The notes beneath the pieces were generated by a model. It made no database searches and was not told the DNA's origin. It was given only the letters and a program-made list of their open reading frames with translations. From the human T2T-CHM13v2.0 reference genome, Homo sapiens, in assembly GCF_009914755.1 (NCBI RefSeq), contig NC_060931.1: a DNA stretch of 64,000 bases; one strand, written 5' to 3'. Numbering within the stretch: position 1 is the first letter of the stretch; the number at the start of each line of letters is the position of its first letter. Below, in pieces: positions 44,941 through 58,698 of this stretch. The translations under genes were made by a program, and so were the position numbers.

Positions 44941-47900
44941 ATACTTTTAAATGCAATAATGAGTTTGCTAGAAAGTACAGTGAGTCCCTAAGGGCCAGAA
45001 AGAAAAACAAAAAACTAAGCAGAAACCACCAATTCAGTGAAACTTTAACAGGAAGCCAGTGCTGCTATGAAGGTAAAGCTGACAGACAGAACCTTCTTGG
45101 ATGGTGGAAGGATAGGAAACTGGGCCTTGGGTTTCCTGAGTAAAGAAAATCTGCCTGCTTGCAAAGGGAAGCAACTAGGACATTTGTTTCTCCCTGGCTG
45201 GCCCTGTTCAGGTTAGAGGGATCTCTCTAAAGCTTGCCATTTAAGTCTGGCAATCTGTACAATTATTATGTGGCCATTAAAAAAGTAAATCTTAAAGAGA
45301 AGTCTGGAAGTCTGGCTTTCATTGGTCTACAGTTCAGATTTAAGAAATTGCTAAGCTAAGAAATTAACAGAACGCAAAGTCAGATAAATAAATGTCAATT
45401 CATATCAATTTGTTATTACTAATTTGGACAAAATCAGTAAATGAATAAGATAATGTTGATTTAGAAATGAACTCTAATTAGAAACTTAAATAGAAAGCAA
45501 TCTGAGCACTAAACTTAGTGAATTCTCAAGATGATAAATGATAAAAATCACACATTTATTTTGCAAGTTAGAACTTGCAGTAAATGTAGGTAAGAGCCAC
45601 AACAGACCTGGATTCTAATCCTGCCATCCAAAATGACTCTATCTACCACTGTTGCTGAATCATTTAACATTTCCCTGCTTTCATTTCTCTATCTGTATTT
45701 CAAGTATCTATATCTCATAAGGGTAATGTGACTTAAATGAAAGATGCACACAAAGTTCTTATATTCTTGGCCTGTACTAAACTCCCAATATTTATTAGTA
45801 GCTATTATTATTACTAGAATCAACATCATCATCACCAGCTAGAAAACAGTCCAAATATCCAGTTAACTGGTGAGGTACTATAGCACATAACAAATGTCAC
45901 TAATCTCAAGACAATTTAAGTGTTATTACTTCAGATTACAAACAGAAATGATAAAAGGGGTAACACAAGTTTGCAATACTCCTGAACTGAGAGTCTTTTA
46001 TTTCTGGCCGTCAAAGTAGGTTATTTCTAATTTTTATTACATTCAGGTAGGTCAGTGGGCCAGAACATAAGCAGTGACTTTCTCTTTAAGGAAGCATGAA
46101 TGTCAGTCCCCATGAGAGTAGCACATAGCCAAACACTACTACAAGAGTAAATTCTGCAGTGTGTGCTGGCTGCATGGGGAACTCAATGAAAGTGAAAACT
46201 TTGGCCCCACTGACACTTAACAACAACAGCTACAACAACTATTTGAGCACATACTAAGTTCCAGGCACATTCCACACTTTGCAAGTATTCAGTGTTCGTT
46301 TAGCCCTCACAGCAACTTTATAAGTAAGGCACAAAGCCCCTTTGGGCCAGGGGCTATTATGAGGGCTAAGGGTCCTGATGGTGAATAAGGTAGAGAAGTT
46401 CCATGTCTCAGGGAGGAGTGCAAAGTGTCCTGATACACTCAGAAAAGGGGCTGGTGAAGCAATGAGTACAGTTTTACTTTATGGAGGAGCAGGAGGAGGT
46501 AAAGAGGGAGAGAAGTATCCACACTCTCTCCTTGTTGAATGGGATTGTGTGAAGAGGACAAATGCTGTGATCCCAGTCCCTGCTTCTGGAAATAGAGTCC
46601 CGGGGGCCCTAAACTGGGCACGATGTCCTACCCAAGTGATACGGAGACAGGGATCTAGATGGATGAGTTTAAGCTAAATTCCTATTAGGATATAGAGACA
46701 TCTGCTATAACAGAGACCTTTTAAAGAAGTAGTTTAGGCCTCAGCTTTCACATGCACTCACATTCCACTTGCCGGAACTCAAGTATTTGGCCATAGTTCC
46801 CTGCAATGGGGACTGGAGAATGCTGTCTTTATGCTGGGTGCCCATGGGTCCAGCTGAAACAGAGGGATCCGTTACTATGGACCAAGGACAGAGGAGAGGT
46901 TGAGGGGTGAGGGAAGTGCCAGGCTCCTTTAGGCAGAGCTGAGAAGCAAGGTACCAGTGCCCAGGAAATTCAGTAGAAACCCCAAGTCCAGAGAGCTAGA
47001 GATAAAAATCAAAGTCAGAGCAGGGAGCCAAGAGTTTGAGATTGAGCAGAGGGAAAGAAAATGAAAAAAGTTTGCAATTATAAAATTTAAAGCCCAGCTC
47101 AAGTGCTGAGAACAGCCTTGGGGTGTAAGTGCTGCTTTACAGGGCTGGGGAGATGGAAGCTGTTAACGTGGGAAATAACGACATGAGCAAGAAGGTAGAG
47201 TTAGGTGTGCATGGCCAAAGATGAAGTTGGCTGCTGCCAGCTGTGAAGGGCTGAGTGCTATGCACTTTGCATGCTTTTCCATAGGCATGAGGATGTGTTT
47301 GGGAAGGAAAGTGCCATGTTCAGCTCTGTTCTGAAAAGCAATTATTGTACTGAAAGATTACGCTGGAAAGGACAAGAGTGACAGCAAGGAGACCAGTTAA
47401 GAAAAATACAGTAGTCCATTCTCTCACTGACTCAGCAAACATTTAGTACTTTTGGGCCACAGACTCTGCTGGACACGGTATATATAAGGATTAAAAAGTA
47501 ACTGTTCAGAGGAGATGGAGAGGCAGAGAAGCATGCAAACAGTTACAATAAAGTACATGCTCTCTAAGCAAAGTGTGGAGAGGTATCCTGGGAACACCTA
47601 ACTCCAAGAAGCCAAGACAAGCTGAAATGTTTTCCAGGCAGAGAGGGGTCAGGACAGGAGAAGAGGCCATTTGAGGTAATGGCAGCAGCAGGGAGGGGAG
47701 AGAGCACAGGATGTTTGCACATTGGCCGGTCACGCGTGGTCAAAGCCTAACACGCACTAAGGAAGGAGACAGAAGTGTGCCTAGGGGAGCAGACCAAGGC
47801 CAGATCAGGAAGGGACTTGACCGTCATGATAGGCATCCCTGCCCTGGCAGTGATAGAGGCTTGGGAAGACATGAAGCAGGTAATTACATCACCATGTTCA

Positions 47901-48274
47901 CCTGTTAGAAAGGCCCCTCACATGGCAATGTAAAGGGAAGCAGAGAGACCGAACATGATGAGACCACAGCAGTACTGTGAATGTGACCAGACAGCAGATG
48001 ATGAGGGCTCCCTTAGGACAGCACTGACAAGACTATGGAGGAGGCAAGGTATTCAAAATTTATTCGTAAAAGAGTAAATCTAGAGTTGTGTTGATCATTT
48101 GAGTTCTTTAAGTTAGGAAGATGGAGCAAGTAAACAAATGCCAGGTGATGCTGTTGGAGTAAGAGAGGAGAAGCAAGAATTGCAGCAGATTGGCCAAGAA
48201 GCCTAAACATTAGGGGCCAAGAATGTGCTAGAAGGGAGCTGTCTGGTGGAAGCAAAAATGAATGTGGTCCCCAA

Positions 48275-48402
48275 CAGGATTACCCTATAACTGTTTAAAC
48301 TGGAACACATTAGAGAGTAAAAGGAGGCACTGTTAATAATTACACTGGGATGACAGGCATAAACAGGGTTGTACTGAGAAAACTGGAAAGTTTGTTCCCC
48401 TG
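48275..48402 (+). mobile_element. MER94-like hAT-Blackjack MITE
   Basis: Resembles recalled consensus (GAGAGTAAAAGGAGGCACTGTTAATAATTACACTGGGA). Confidence 0.7.
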
Positions 48403-49392
48403 GTTACCAAGGAAAGCACCTGCCTAGACAGACTCAGAAAATGCTTAAGTAGGGCTAGAGATGAGATTTTAGAATCCCTATAGATTATATTCTGCGGATC
48501 AACAAGATCATTCAAGTGAGAAAGTTCAGAGTGACGAGAAAAAGGATCAAAACCCAGATCCATGAAAGGTGTTGGCGGGAAACACTGGATGGCCCATGTC
48601 TTGGATGAGAGGTGGAGCACGACCCTGGGCAGCCAAGTTTACATTCCCTTTAGGGTTCTGCCAGTCACTGCTGTCCAAAGTAAGAAAGGATTCAGTACTC
48701 TTCACTGAACATTACAGGGAATGAGTATAAAAAGGCATTTTCCAGAACAATTTTTTAAAAAAATTAATAGAAAAAAAGGAAATAATCATAGATAATCAAA
48801 AGCATTACAATAGAGTTCAAAGAACAGATTTCTATTTATCATGATAAAAATCTAGTTCCAATGACTTTGTGCCTTTTGCAGGCACCTAATCTAATGTTCT
48901 CTCTTCTGAACTAGCTACCCAACTCCATGCGACAACGAATAACTTTAGTGACTCCTATTATCTTGTTCTTGTTGCATCCAATTCCTAGGAAGATGGAATC
49001 CAAGTGTTGGGGCGTCATGTGGACCTTTGCACATACCTCATGGATACCTCCTGGAGGACCAAGGTGGCTGCTACAGTGTGAGTAGAAACGTCTGACTCTC
49101 ATATGACTAAAAGCTAACAATGCATCAGGCAGATTGCAATCCTAACACATAAAAATGATCTAAAGTGGGTAACAAGAGGGCTACCACCTGATCAGAGGAC
49201 AGTGGGACTGCCCAGAGATGACCTCCAGGATGCTGGAGATGAATGTCTGGAGGACAAGTAAAAAGGCAAATATGGAGATATGGGTTTGGGACTAGTTACT
49301 GCAGGAGCCACTGTTGACTCCTGAAAGACTGGATAAGCTCTTAGAAAATAGGAGTAGGCAGCTGAGAATAAAGCTTGGGAGTTGCTTAGAGT

Positions 49393-49394
<2 letters not shown>

Positions 49395-49440
<46 letters not shown>
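49395..49440. repeat. (AC)23 microsatellite
   Basis: Direct count. Confidence 0.97.
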
Positions 49441-49442
<2 letters not shown>

Positions 49443-50109
49443 ACCCCCCAAAAAACAAAAAGCAGAAAAACAAATAGAAAGCCTGGTCAGCAAAGTTGGA
49501 GAGGAAGTGAGAAAAGGGCAGTGTTCTGGAAGCCCAGGGAGAGAGGAGTATGCATTAAATCGTCAACTTGTTAAAACACCCAGGGAGACAAAGCAAAAGC
49601 AGAAGTGACAGGAAGCCACTGGCTTCGGCAACACATAAGCGAGAACCATAACCTCCTCCTGTAGTCAAAAATTCATGCAGTCCCCCCAGTGAAAAAAATC
49701 TCTGGGTATATGAACTTCAACAACAGAGCTGCACAAATCCAGGCAATCTCCTAAATTTGTTTCGGTTGCAGGAAACTAACATGTCAATGGTTTCATGACA
49801 GAACAGGAAGTTTCGTTAAGAAACTCATGTATCTATTCACATGAAATGATGGAAACAAAGGCTTATCCTTAGTTCAGCAGCCTCTCTGGAATAGTCAGGC
49901 CAGCTGTAGAGAGAGGTTTTCCGATGACATTTAATGGTGGTCTGCACAAATTTCTTAACCATTGAAAAAAAGACCAGGGGCTAACGTGGAAAAAGGACAG
50001 ATTTGGGAATTTGATCTTCAGGAATTAGTTACCCATTTCCCATTTCTTGTAGATAAAGACTTAGTTTCTTTATCTACAACACAAGGGAAATTGACTAGAT
50101 GAACTATGT

Positions 50110-50433
50110 CAGGGGTCCCTGAACCCCCGGGGTTCACAGACCAGTATCAGTCCATGGCCTGTTAGGAACCAGACCGCACAGGAGGAGGTGAGTGGAGGGT
50201 GGGCAAGCATTCCTGTCTGAGCTCTGCCTCCTGTCAGATCAATGGTGGCATTAGACTCTCATAGGAGTGTGACCCCTATTGTGAACTACACATGCAAGAG
50301 ATATAGGTTGCATGCTCCTTATGAGGTGGAACAGTTTCATCCTGAAACCATTCCCACCCACCCCACCCCCAACCATGGAAAAATTGTCTTCCACGAAACT
50401 GGTCCCTGCTGCCAAAAAGGTTGGGGGCCACTG
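50110..50433 (+). mobile_element. MER1B-like hAT-Charlie MITE
   Basis: TIRs CAGGGGTCCC...GGGGGCCACTG; 8-bp TSD AACTATGT/AGCTATGT. Confidence 0.88.
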
Positions 50434-51098
50434 AGCTATGTTATGTCCCTTCAAGCTCTGAAATTCCACAGTTCTCTACTGAAAACCACGTGGAAACTGA
50501 AGTCATCTTCTTGGGTAGCAACGATACTACTACCCTGCGTAGATTAGACAAATGTATGCTAGAGAAAAGAAAAAAAAATATTTTTAAGCTCTACTTGTGG
50601 TCAATGTAGAATCTTTTTACCAATGCAATGACTAGCTCAGAGCCGTATTTTTTTCAGAAATCTGGCCTTAATATCTTAGTTATAAGTGGATTACTTTCTG
50701 AAGAACTATCTCAGCCAGAATATAAATATTAGGCAAATGATACAAATATATTTTCCAATATCTTTGACTAGGGGAGAAGGAAGTATGGTACAATGAAACG
50801 ACTAATGGACTCAGGCAATCTGGGCTTCATTCCCAACTTTTATCTACTAAACCCTCTGGGATTTAAATGTCTTAATCATAAAATGGAGAGGTTAGACTAG
50901 AAGATTAAATGTCCACTCTAGGGCTTAAAAAATATATTAATAGCCTAGCAGTGTGTGAATATTGTCAGTCATGCCCACTTAAAAAAATCTCTTTCCTTGT
51001 CCAAAATTCATCTTGTGCTTCTTAAAGTAAAAAAACACAGGAGAGTCATAGTCTATGGGAGAAAGAGGTCACATTTTCCTTGGACAATATGCCAGAGG

Positions 51099-51144
51099 TG
51101 TGGAAATCAATGACAATGCCATGTGGAAATCAATGACAATGCCA
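51099..51144. repeat. Perfect 23-bp tandem duplication
   Basis: TGTGGAAATCAATGACAATGCCA x2. Confidence 0.95.
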
Positions 51145-53247
51145 CGTTTGATCATAAAAACACCAGAACTAATAAAAGATTCATAGTTAAGGAGCTGAGC
51201 AGCATCACAATTGCCCTACACTGAAGGGTAACTCACCCTGGGGAGTGGGTTCCTTTCTGCCTAGCCTGAGAGGTTCAGTAGCCGAACATCCTAGATCAAG
51301 GGTGTTCAGGTTTTGTTTTTCCTTTTTTTTTTTGCCTCTAGGCTGAGTGCAGGTATAACGCACTCCTATCATCAACATCTCATATTACATTCAGAGTTTT
51401 TCTTTTAAAGGAGTGGAGGCAGGTTGCAAACTACCCTTTCCATGCACCTCTACAACAGCAAAAGATTCATAGTCCTAGATTAACTGTGCATATTCAAGTT
51501 TAAACTATTTACATTTTCCATCTTTGTCTCCCAAAAACTTTTATGTCAAATATTATTGCATTCCATTCAAATCATACAAACAAATCAAGTTCCCAGAATT
51601 TTTTTATCTCTTTTGTCAAAGGGTAAAGTTGGGGAAACAAAACAACAAAACTACTGCTAACAAACAATACCTCCAGACTGAATTGAATCATGCCCTTTTC
51701 TCATTTTGTAAAACACCAAAGTCCAAGATGAACAGCTTCTGCTAAGATCACGATAACAGGAAGTTACCCAACCAGGAGCTCTAAATACACATCTTTAGCT
51801 ATCTCCTTCTGGATGAACAAATCGTAGCCCTTACATTCAGCATGTCTAAAACTGCATTCTGTCTTCTTGATCAAAATGATGTCTTTTCCTTGTTCCTTTT
51901 GGGAATGTCACTATTATCTTTTTATTCAGCTCCCCCATTTCCCTCATCTAATCCATGTTCATTCTGGGGCATTCCTAATATTTCTCATTATTTCCACTGC
52001 TGTCATCATCTTTCATGTAGTATCCCTTCCTGATACCAATTTCTTCATAATCTCAAATCTTCTTGATGTTGTTGCTAAATGAATCTATTTAAAACTATTC
52101 AGTTGATTATTTTGTTCCTTTGTACAAAACCTTTCAATGGTTTCACTTTGACTAGTAAATTAAGACCAAACTCCTTGCTATGTCATTGAAGGCCCTGGGC
52201 CCTGCTGTGAAACTCCCAGTCAGGTCCTTATTTCTCACTACTCTCCATTACCCCAATTAACAGGGACCTGTTATCCACCTCCCTACTTCCATGTGTTAGT
52301 TTTTAATGCTCCTTTCACCTGAACCACTCTCCTTTCTCAGTGGTAATGGTGAATTTAACCTTCCTTGCAAAGCTCAAAATAATTTCCACCTCCTCCAGAA
52401 TGGGCCATGCCTGAGCCTAACATTCCTGGAGCTCTGCCCTTTGAAATATGTATGTTCTCTTTCTTTTTCCCGTAATTGCTGCATTTCTGTACTGGTCCAA
52501 CTGCATTTCTGTTGTCCTTGTGTTTTTTTATGTGTGCTTTTCTTATCCTACATTTGTCTTGTACCCTGCTCACTTGCCATTGAACTAGGAGCTAATGGCA
52601 AAAGTGATCCTTGCAAATGTTAGCACGCACAGTGCCTTGCACTCAGGAACTTTCTAATATCTTATTATTGCTAACACATATTAATGCTAAAGCGACTAAC
52701 ATCAGAAAAACATGAAAACATGAGTGAATGGACTACTATATTATACTATTTCTTTAATATTCAGAATCTTTGTGTATTCTATCTAAGCATCTAGAGCTCC
52801 CTCTTAGATATCGGTAAGAAAGCACAGTTAGGGATAAGTTTGGCAGCTCAGGGTACAGGGCAAGAGAATGAGCTCTGCAGCACGAGTGTGAATCCTGACC
52901 CTGCCTCTAACTAGCAGCATGGTGTTGGTACTGAAGTAAGCAACCCAATGGACTAAATCAATGCCAATGATTTGTTCCTATAGTAGACAAGATAAAATGT
53001 TTGAAATTGCCCTCATATTTCTTATTAACAAACTACAAATAAATGATTTTTATTAAAAGTCTCTTATACCCTTGACCATAAGTAACTACTACATAGGAAT
53101 AATGTCAATTTGTATTGGTAAATAACATCTGCAATTGTATCACTCAGTCTCCAATTATCCAATTTAAGTGCACTTAATCTATAGCAGACAACTTTGCTGC
53201 TCATCAAATTACAGCTGCATGATGAGGCCAGCTGCTACCAGACACAC

Positions 53248-53502
53248 CTTAAAACCTTTGGAAGCAGCAATGTGGGCAGCAGTCCAGCCTTCTCTGTTGG
53301 CGTGGTTAATGAGGTCTGCAGGAACAACAGGCTTGGATATGCCTTCAGGACTCTCTTCTCCTCCATCCAAGTCAAAGACACTTGACTCGGACTCCTCCTC
53401 ATTGAAAGAATTTCCATGAGCTGGTATTCTATGGTACATAAGAAGCTTGAGGCTGTCCACATTACCAGTGTCCACAGCTGCGTGAACTGGTGTCCAGCCA
53501 TC
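53248..53502 (-). CDS. CTTNBP2: CTTNBP2 exon ~8 (255 nt), ankyrin repeats with acidic insert
   Basis: TTTTCAG|GAT ... AAG|GTGTGT; [21 protein letters not shown]...[15 protein letters not shown]. Confidence 0.96.
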
Positions 53503-54228
53503 CTGAAAATAAAATGACCAGGGGGAAAGGGTTGATAACAACATTAATGTCAAGGAAAATATTATTGAAAGTTCACTTCTAAATGTTCTTGGGCATGGAC
53601 CACTGAGCTGGGAAAAGCAGGCATTCCAATCCTGAACATTATCACTGATGAGCTGGGTAAAGTTCTCTGACTCCTGTCAGTTAACAATATTTCCAACTGC
53701 TGTGACTCATGTTTGCTATTTTGTAATCATTTCTACCTACCAGTTAACCATTTGGGGTGAGCAGGTACTGTCCAGGGCATAACTGAGCATTATGTATGGT
53801 AAATCAAAATCTCAATTTAATACTATGAAAGAGAATGAACTTTAGCTTAAAGGGATTAAAAAATTTATATGCAATAATGTTATTAGTAGAGTACTGAAAG
53901 AATGCAGTTATAAGCCAGTTTTACTTATAAGGCACTGACCTAACTCTGTGATCTTAAAATTTTATGCCAACCACCCCAGAAGCAAAGATCCTAAATAATA
54001 GGGAAAAGGTAGACATAAAGAAAAAACAAAGCCAAATAATTTCAGTGAAGGTTTATGGGCCCCTATTGAGTGTTTTGTGACTGCAGAGGGATACTGATCA
54101 TTATAAGCTTAGAAAATGTTTCAACTAAAATTATTGGGTCTGTTTTCTAGAATATATTATTTTGGAGCCTCTATTACCCACTTAGCTGGTTGCTAGAGTA
54201 GAGGTATTAATAGAAGTCCTTTTTAGGG

Positions 54229-54410
54229 CAGTGATTCTCAGGTGTGGTCCCCAGACCAGCAGCATCAGTATCACCTGGGAACTTTATAGAACTGTAAACT
54301 CTTAAGCCTCATCTCAGATCTACTGAATCAGAAACTCTGGGGATGGGGCTACCAATCTGACTTAACGACCCCTCCAGGAGATTCTAATACACTAAAGTTT
54401 GACAAGCGTT
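54229..54410 (+). mobile_element. MER5A hAT-Charlie MITE
   Basis: CAGTGATTCTCA...GTGTGGTCCCCAGACCAGCAGCATCAG...ACTGAATCAGAAACTCTGGGG. Confidence 0.85.
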
Positions 54411-54793
54411 ATTCTGGGAAAAATCTAGGTTCTATCTACAGTCTCTTCATCTTTATATAGAAATCGGTCTGCCTTCTACTCAGGCACCCATCTTGTTTAG
54501 TTTTTTAAAAAATTTTTCATAAAAGAACCTGGCCTTATTTTGGTGATTTGGTGATTTTGGCTTTATTTTTCTACCTTTAATTTCCCCTTGACATACCTTT
54601 TTCATGCAGTATTTCACATTGCTATACTAAATATATTTCAGTAAGCTACAGTACACTTTAAAAAATAATAGGGTAGAAGACAGAGAAATAGGCAATAAAT
54701 ACGAACAATCTAAATTTGGGCTAAGTCATCTGACCATTTGCTAAAGCTGTCCCTTTATAATGTGGCTTTTTCTCTGGTTTGGTATCTCATACC

Positions 54794-54888
54794 AATAAAA
54801 TCCACTTGGCTAAGACAAGACAATGGTGCTCCAATCAGGTAAATAAACTCCACTTGGCTAAGACAAGACTATGGCGCTTCAATCAGCT
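54794..54888. repeat. Diverged ~48-bp tandem duplication
   Basis: AATAAA(A/C)TCCACTTGGCTAAGACAAGAC(A/T)ATGG(T/C)GCT(C/T)CAATCAG x2. Confidence 0.92.
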
Positions 54889-55509
54889 CCATTCAGGCGT
54901 GTTCTTCACTGGGTTGTGGACACCTTTACTTGGGTAGTATAACAGTATACTACACAAGTAGTCTACTACTGAAGAGTGTAAGTGCTTTTGACCTTTCCCA
55001 ATTTATATTACAAAGGCCATGCAACCACTTCTGGAAAAAAAATTTTCTATTTTCTATCCTCTTTTGATACTTTCTTATTATAAGGCACAAGACATAATTG
55101 TTCCCAATTACACTGTTTATCTCTGGAGTTTTGAGCATCTATACTTCTAAAGGTTTTGTTCAGCTCATCAGCAACTAGTTGGAGAGAATGGATTTCTGTG
55201 TTCTCTAACTTAGGATGTGACTAATTTTTATGCTGTACTACTTATTTTTCATTCAGCCCTGTGATACAAAATTAATTCATTTTTCACTATAGAATTTTAT
55301 ACTGAATATGTGTAACACCACAGATTTCTCAAGTAATATATATAAATAACATGAAAAATATAAAACTGTTTTCTCAGATTTTCAAAAAATAGGAAGTTTT
55401 TTTAAGAAAAAAAGCTGTAGCAATGAGTCATTAAAAATGTTTATATCTAGCTTATTACATCTCTGCATATATATATATATATAAAATACATATGTATATG
55501 TATATATAT

Positions 55510-55796
<287 letters not shown>

Positions 55797-56177
55797 ACAT
55801 CTCTGCTTATATTATTAACCACTGGTCCTCCTTTACTTAAGAAAATCCAGGATCTGAGACTATTATTTGTTGAATGAATAAAAAATTATACCTCCCTTGT
55901 CTGCCCTAGTTCTAAAAATAATCAAAGCATAGGTATTTGTTTTCCTGTTTGACAGATTAATCTGAGGCTCAGAGGTTAAAGGACTGGCTAGGCTAATGAA
56001 CAAGACATTTAATTAACGGGAAAGAGATTCAAACAAGGGTCAGACACTTTCCAAATCCTACAAGCAAAACAAAATAAAGCAACCTCTATTTTAATTTATT
56101 TTGTTTTTCTAGTTATAGAGTTTACAAATATATTGCAAATTATATATACAGGGGGAAAAAAACAGACTGCTACTCAC

Positions 56178-56328
56178 TGTGGTTTTTACACTTCGATTGG
56201 TTCCAGCTTCCAACAAGAGTTTAATACATTCTTTATTTCCATTTTTACAGGCCAGGTATAGAGGTGTCTGTCCTCCATCAGCAGCATGATTAATGTTAGC
56301 ATCATATGAAATTAATAATTCTACACAC
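56178..56328 (-). CDS. CTTNBP2: CTTNBP2 exon ~7 (151 nt), ankyrin repeats
   Basis: TGTTTAG|G ... ACA|GTGAGT; [50 protein letters not shown]. Confidence 0.96.
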
Positions 56329-57194
56329 CTAAACACAAGATTAGGATTAATTACATAAAACCTGGGTTTGACCTTTGAAGCACCACCTAACCAAGATATT
56401 AAATACAGAAAAGAAAGCAATGTTGCATCTTTATATACATCAATTGTTTCTATTTACATATATCAACTATTATGGATCTTATTACATGAATACTGTTTTT
56501 TTCACAAGGCTAGAAAATATATTCTAATCATAAAATTTAATTTCTCCCAGGAAATTTTGAAAAGTGCTAATACCTGCTTTATGACACTTCCCTATAACCA
56601 ACTTGTGAAAGTAGAGTCCTTAGAATTTAACTTACTGGGATGAACGGTTTAACTGTACTTGATAAATATATATTATTTTGGTTCGAAATAGTTTGAACAC
56701 TGAAAAAAGGCTGCTGAGTCATTCTGAGATTTTCACTTGAGAAAATAATTATAAATAGCATAGACAGCAGGGCACCATGTGCCTTCTCTATAAAAGGCAG
56801 CAGAAAGGCTGAGAAAAGGGTTGCCTTGGGGAGAAAAGACAGCAGAGGTTGTCCTGTCTCCTGAAGTCAGGCTAGTTGATGAGGAAAAGATAGCTAAGCA
56901 GAAACTCACTGTCCTGAGAATCAAGGAGGAAAGAAATGAGGTAAAGTCAAGACTTTGTGACACTTATTTACTAGCTAAACATGTAGAGCTTAAGTTGTAA
57001 AATTAGTTGAGAATAAACTTAGAAAAGAGGGCTAAATCATAATCAAAGTAAGAAGCAATCCACTTCATCTTTTATTTTCACTCCAATGAATGTTTTTCCT
57101 AATTTTCCCTTGCAGTATCTGATTTATACATTTTTTTTAAATTAAGTGACATGTTGATATACATGTGTATCAGACACATTTAAATTAACAAATC

Positions 57195-57492
<298 letters not shown>

Positions 57493-58598
57493 TCCATCCC
57501 CAGATTTCTCCAGGGTCCTTCCTGTTTGCAGAGTTATCCATGCTTCCATTCCTGTGACTGCTATATGTCCAAGAAAGTGCCCCTACAGGTTGCCTGGTGA
57601 AAGTAAAGGTAAAAAGCACAGCTCAGGAGAAATTCCTTTTGAAGGAGTCAGGATATGTCCCAAGAGTAACAGCAAAATCAGTGTCTAGGGTTCTCAATGA
57701 CAAACTCAGGGTAATGAGGTATGTGGTAGATATGCAGAAAAGTGAATCATGCTCTACATAAATAATTCATTTTGAATTTTAAAAAATTATATTTATGATT
57801 AATAACATGGGGTCAACCTTAAAAACCCATATTTCAATAATTCTGGAATTTGTTAAAGAACATTCCTATCGGGACAGTTAGATTAAAAAGTTAAAAGCAA
57901 CTTGCGTTTCCCACAACCTGCCATTTCAGCACAGGCAGAGAAAGCAACTTAGCTATTTTCTATTTTTTTAAGTTAAAATATGACTTTTAATGTTAAAAAG
58001 TCATGCCTATATCTAACTGACTTAGTAAGCTACTAAAGAAATCATTGCTAAAGTTAGGTATATTTTAATTAATAGGGTCTCTTTAGCTTAATGCCCAAAC
58101 TACTTTCAGTATGTAAAATTCATGCTTCCATTTTGTTTTAAATGGTAAAACAAGATGAATAATTAGAATACATTACCACTAGGAAATTTAGATTATTACA
58201 ACCAATATAATTCTATGTTCTACTTTTAGTGACATCATAAGTAAAAAATCTTTTAGGGGGTTGGAATGGTGTAAAACAGTGAAAAACAAACTTCTCAACA
58301 GTCCTTCATCTCATGACATATGTGTTGATATGCCATAGATGATCTTCCAAAGAAAGTTCATTCACGTTCAGTTGGGACACAGCCCAGTTCTCTTCTTCAC
58401 TTCCCTCAAACATTAACTATTATTAAGAGCAAATTTAGAATCCTAGTTTGCATTTAAATCCTCAAATATATTTAGTGAATTTATTTGCCAGTGATTTTAA
58501 GCACTAGTTTACACATTCAGCCGGAACTAAAATACGTGTGCAAATTATAAAAAGAGGCTCCTTTGATGGTGGGAAAAAAAGAATTAAGAGCAACTTAC

Positions 58599-58698
58599 TC
58601 GAAATGTCCCTGAGCAGCTGCAGCACACAAGGGTGTGAAGCCATTTTTATCAGCAGCATTGACTTGGGCTTCTGCACTCAGCAGCAATCTCACACAGT
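58599..58698 (-). CDS. CTTNBP2: CTTNBP2 exon ~6 (100 nt), ankyrin repeats
   Basis: CCATAG|AC ... CGA|GTAAGT; [32 protein letters not shown]. Confidence 0.95.
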
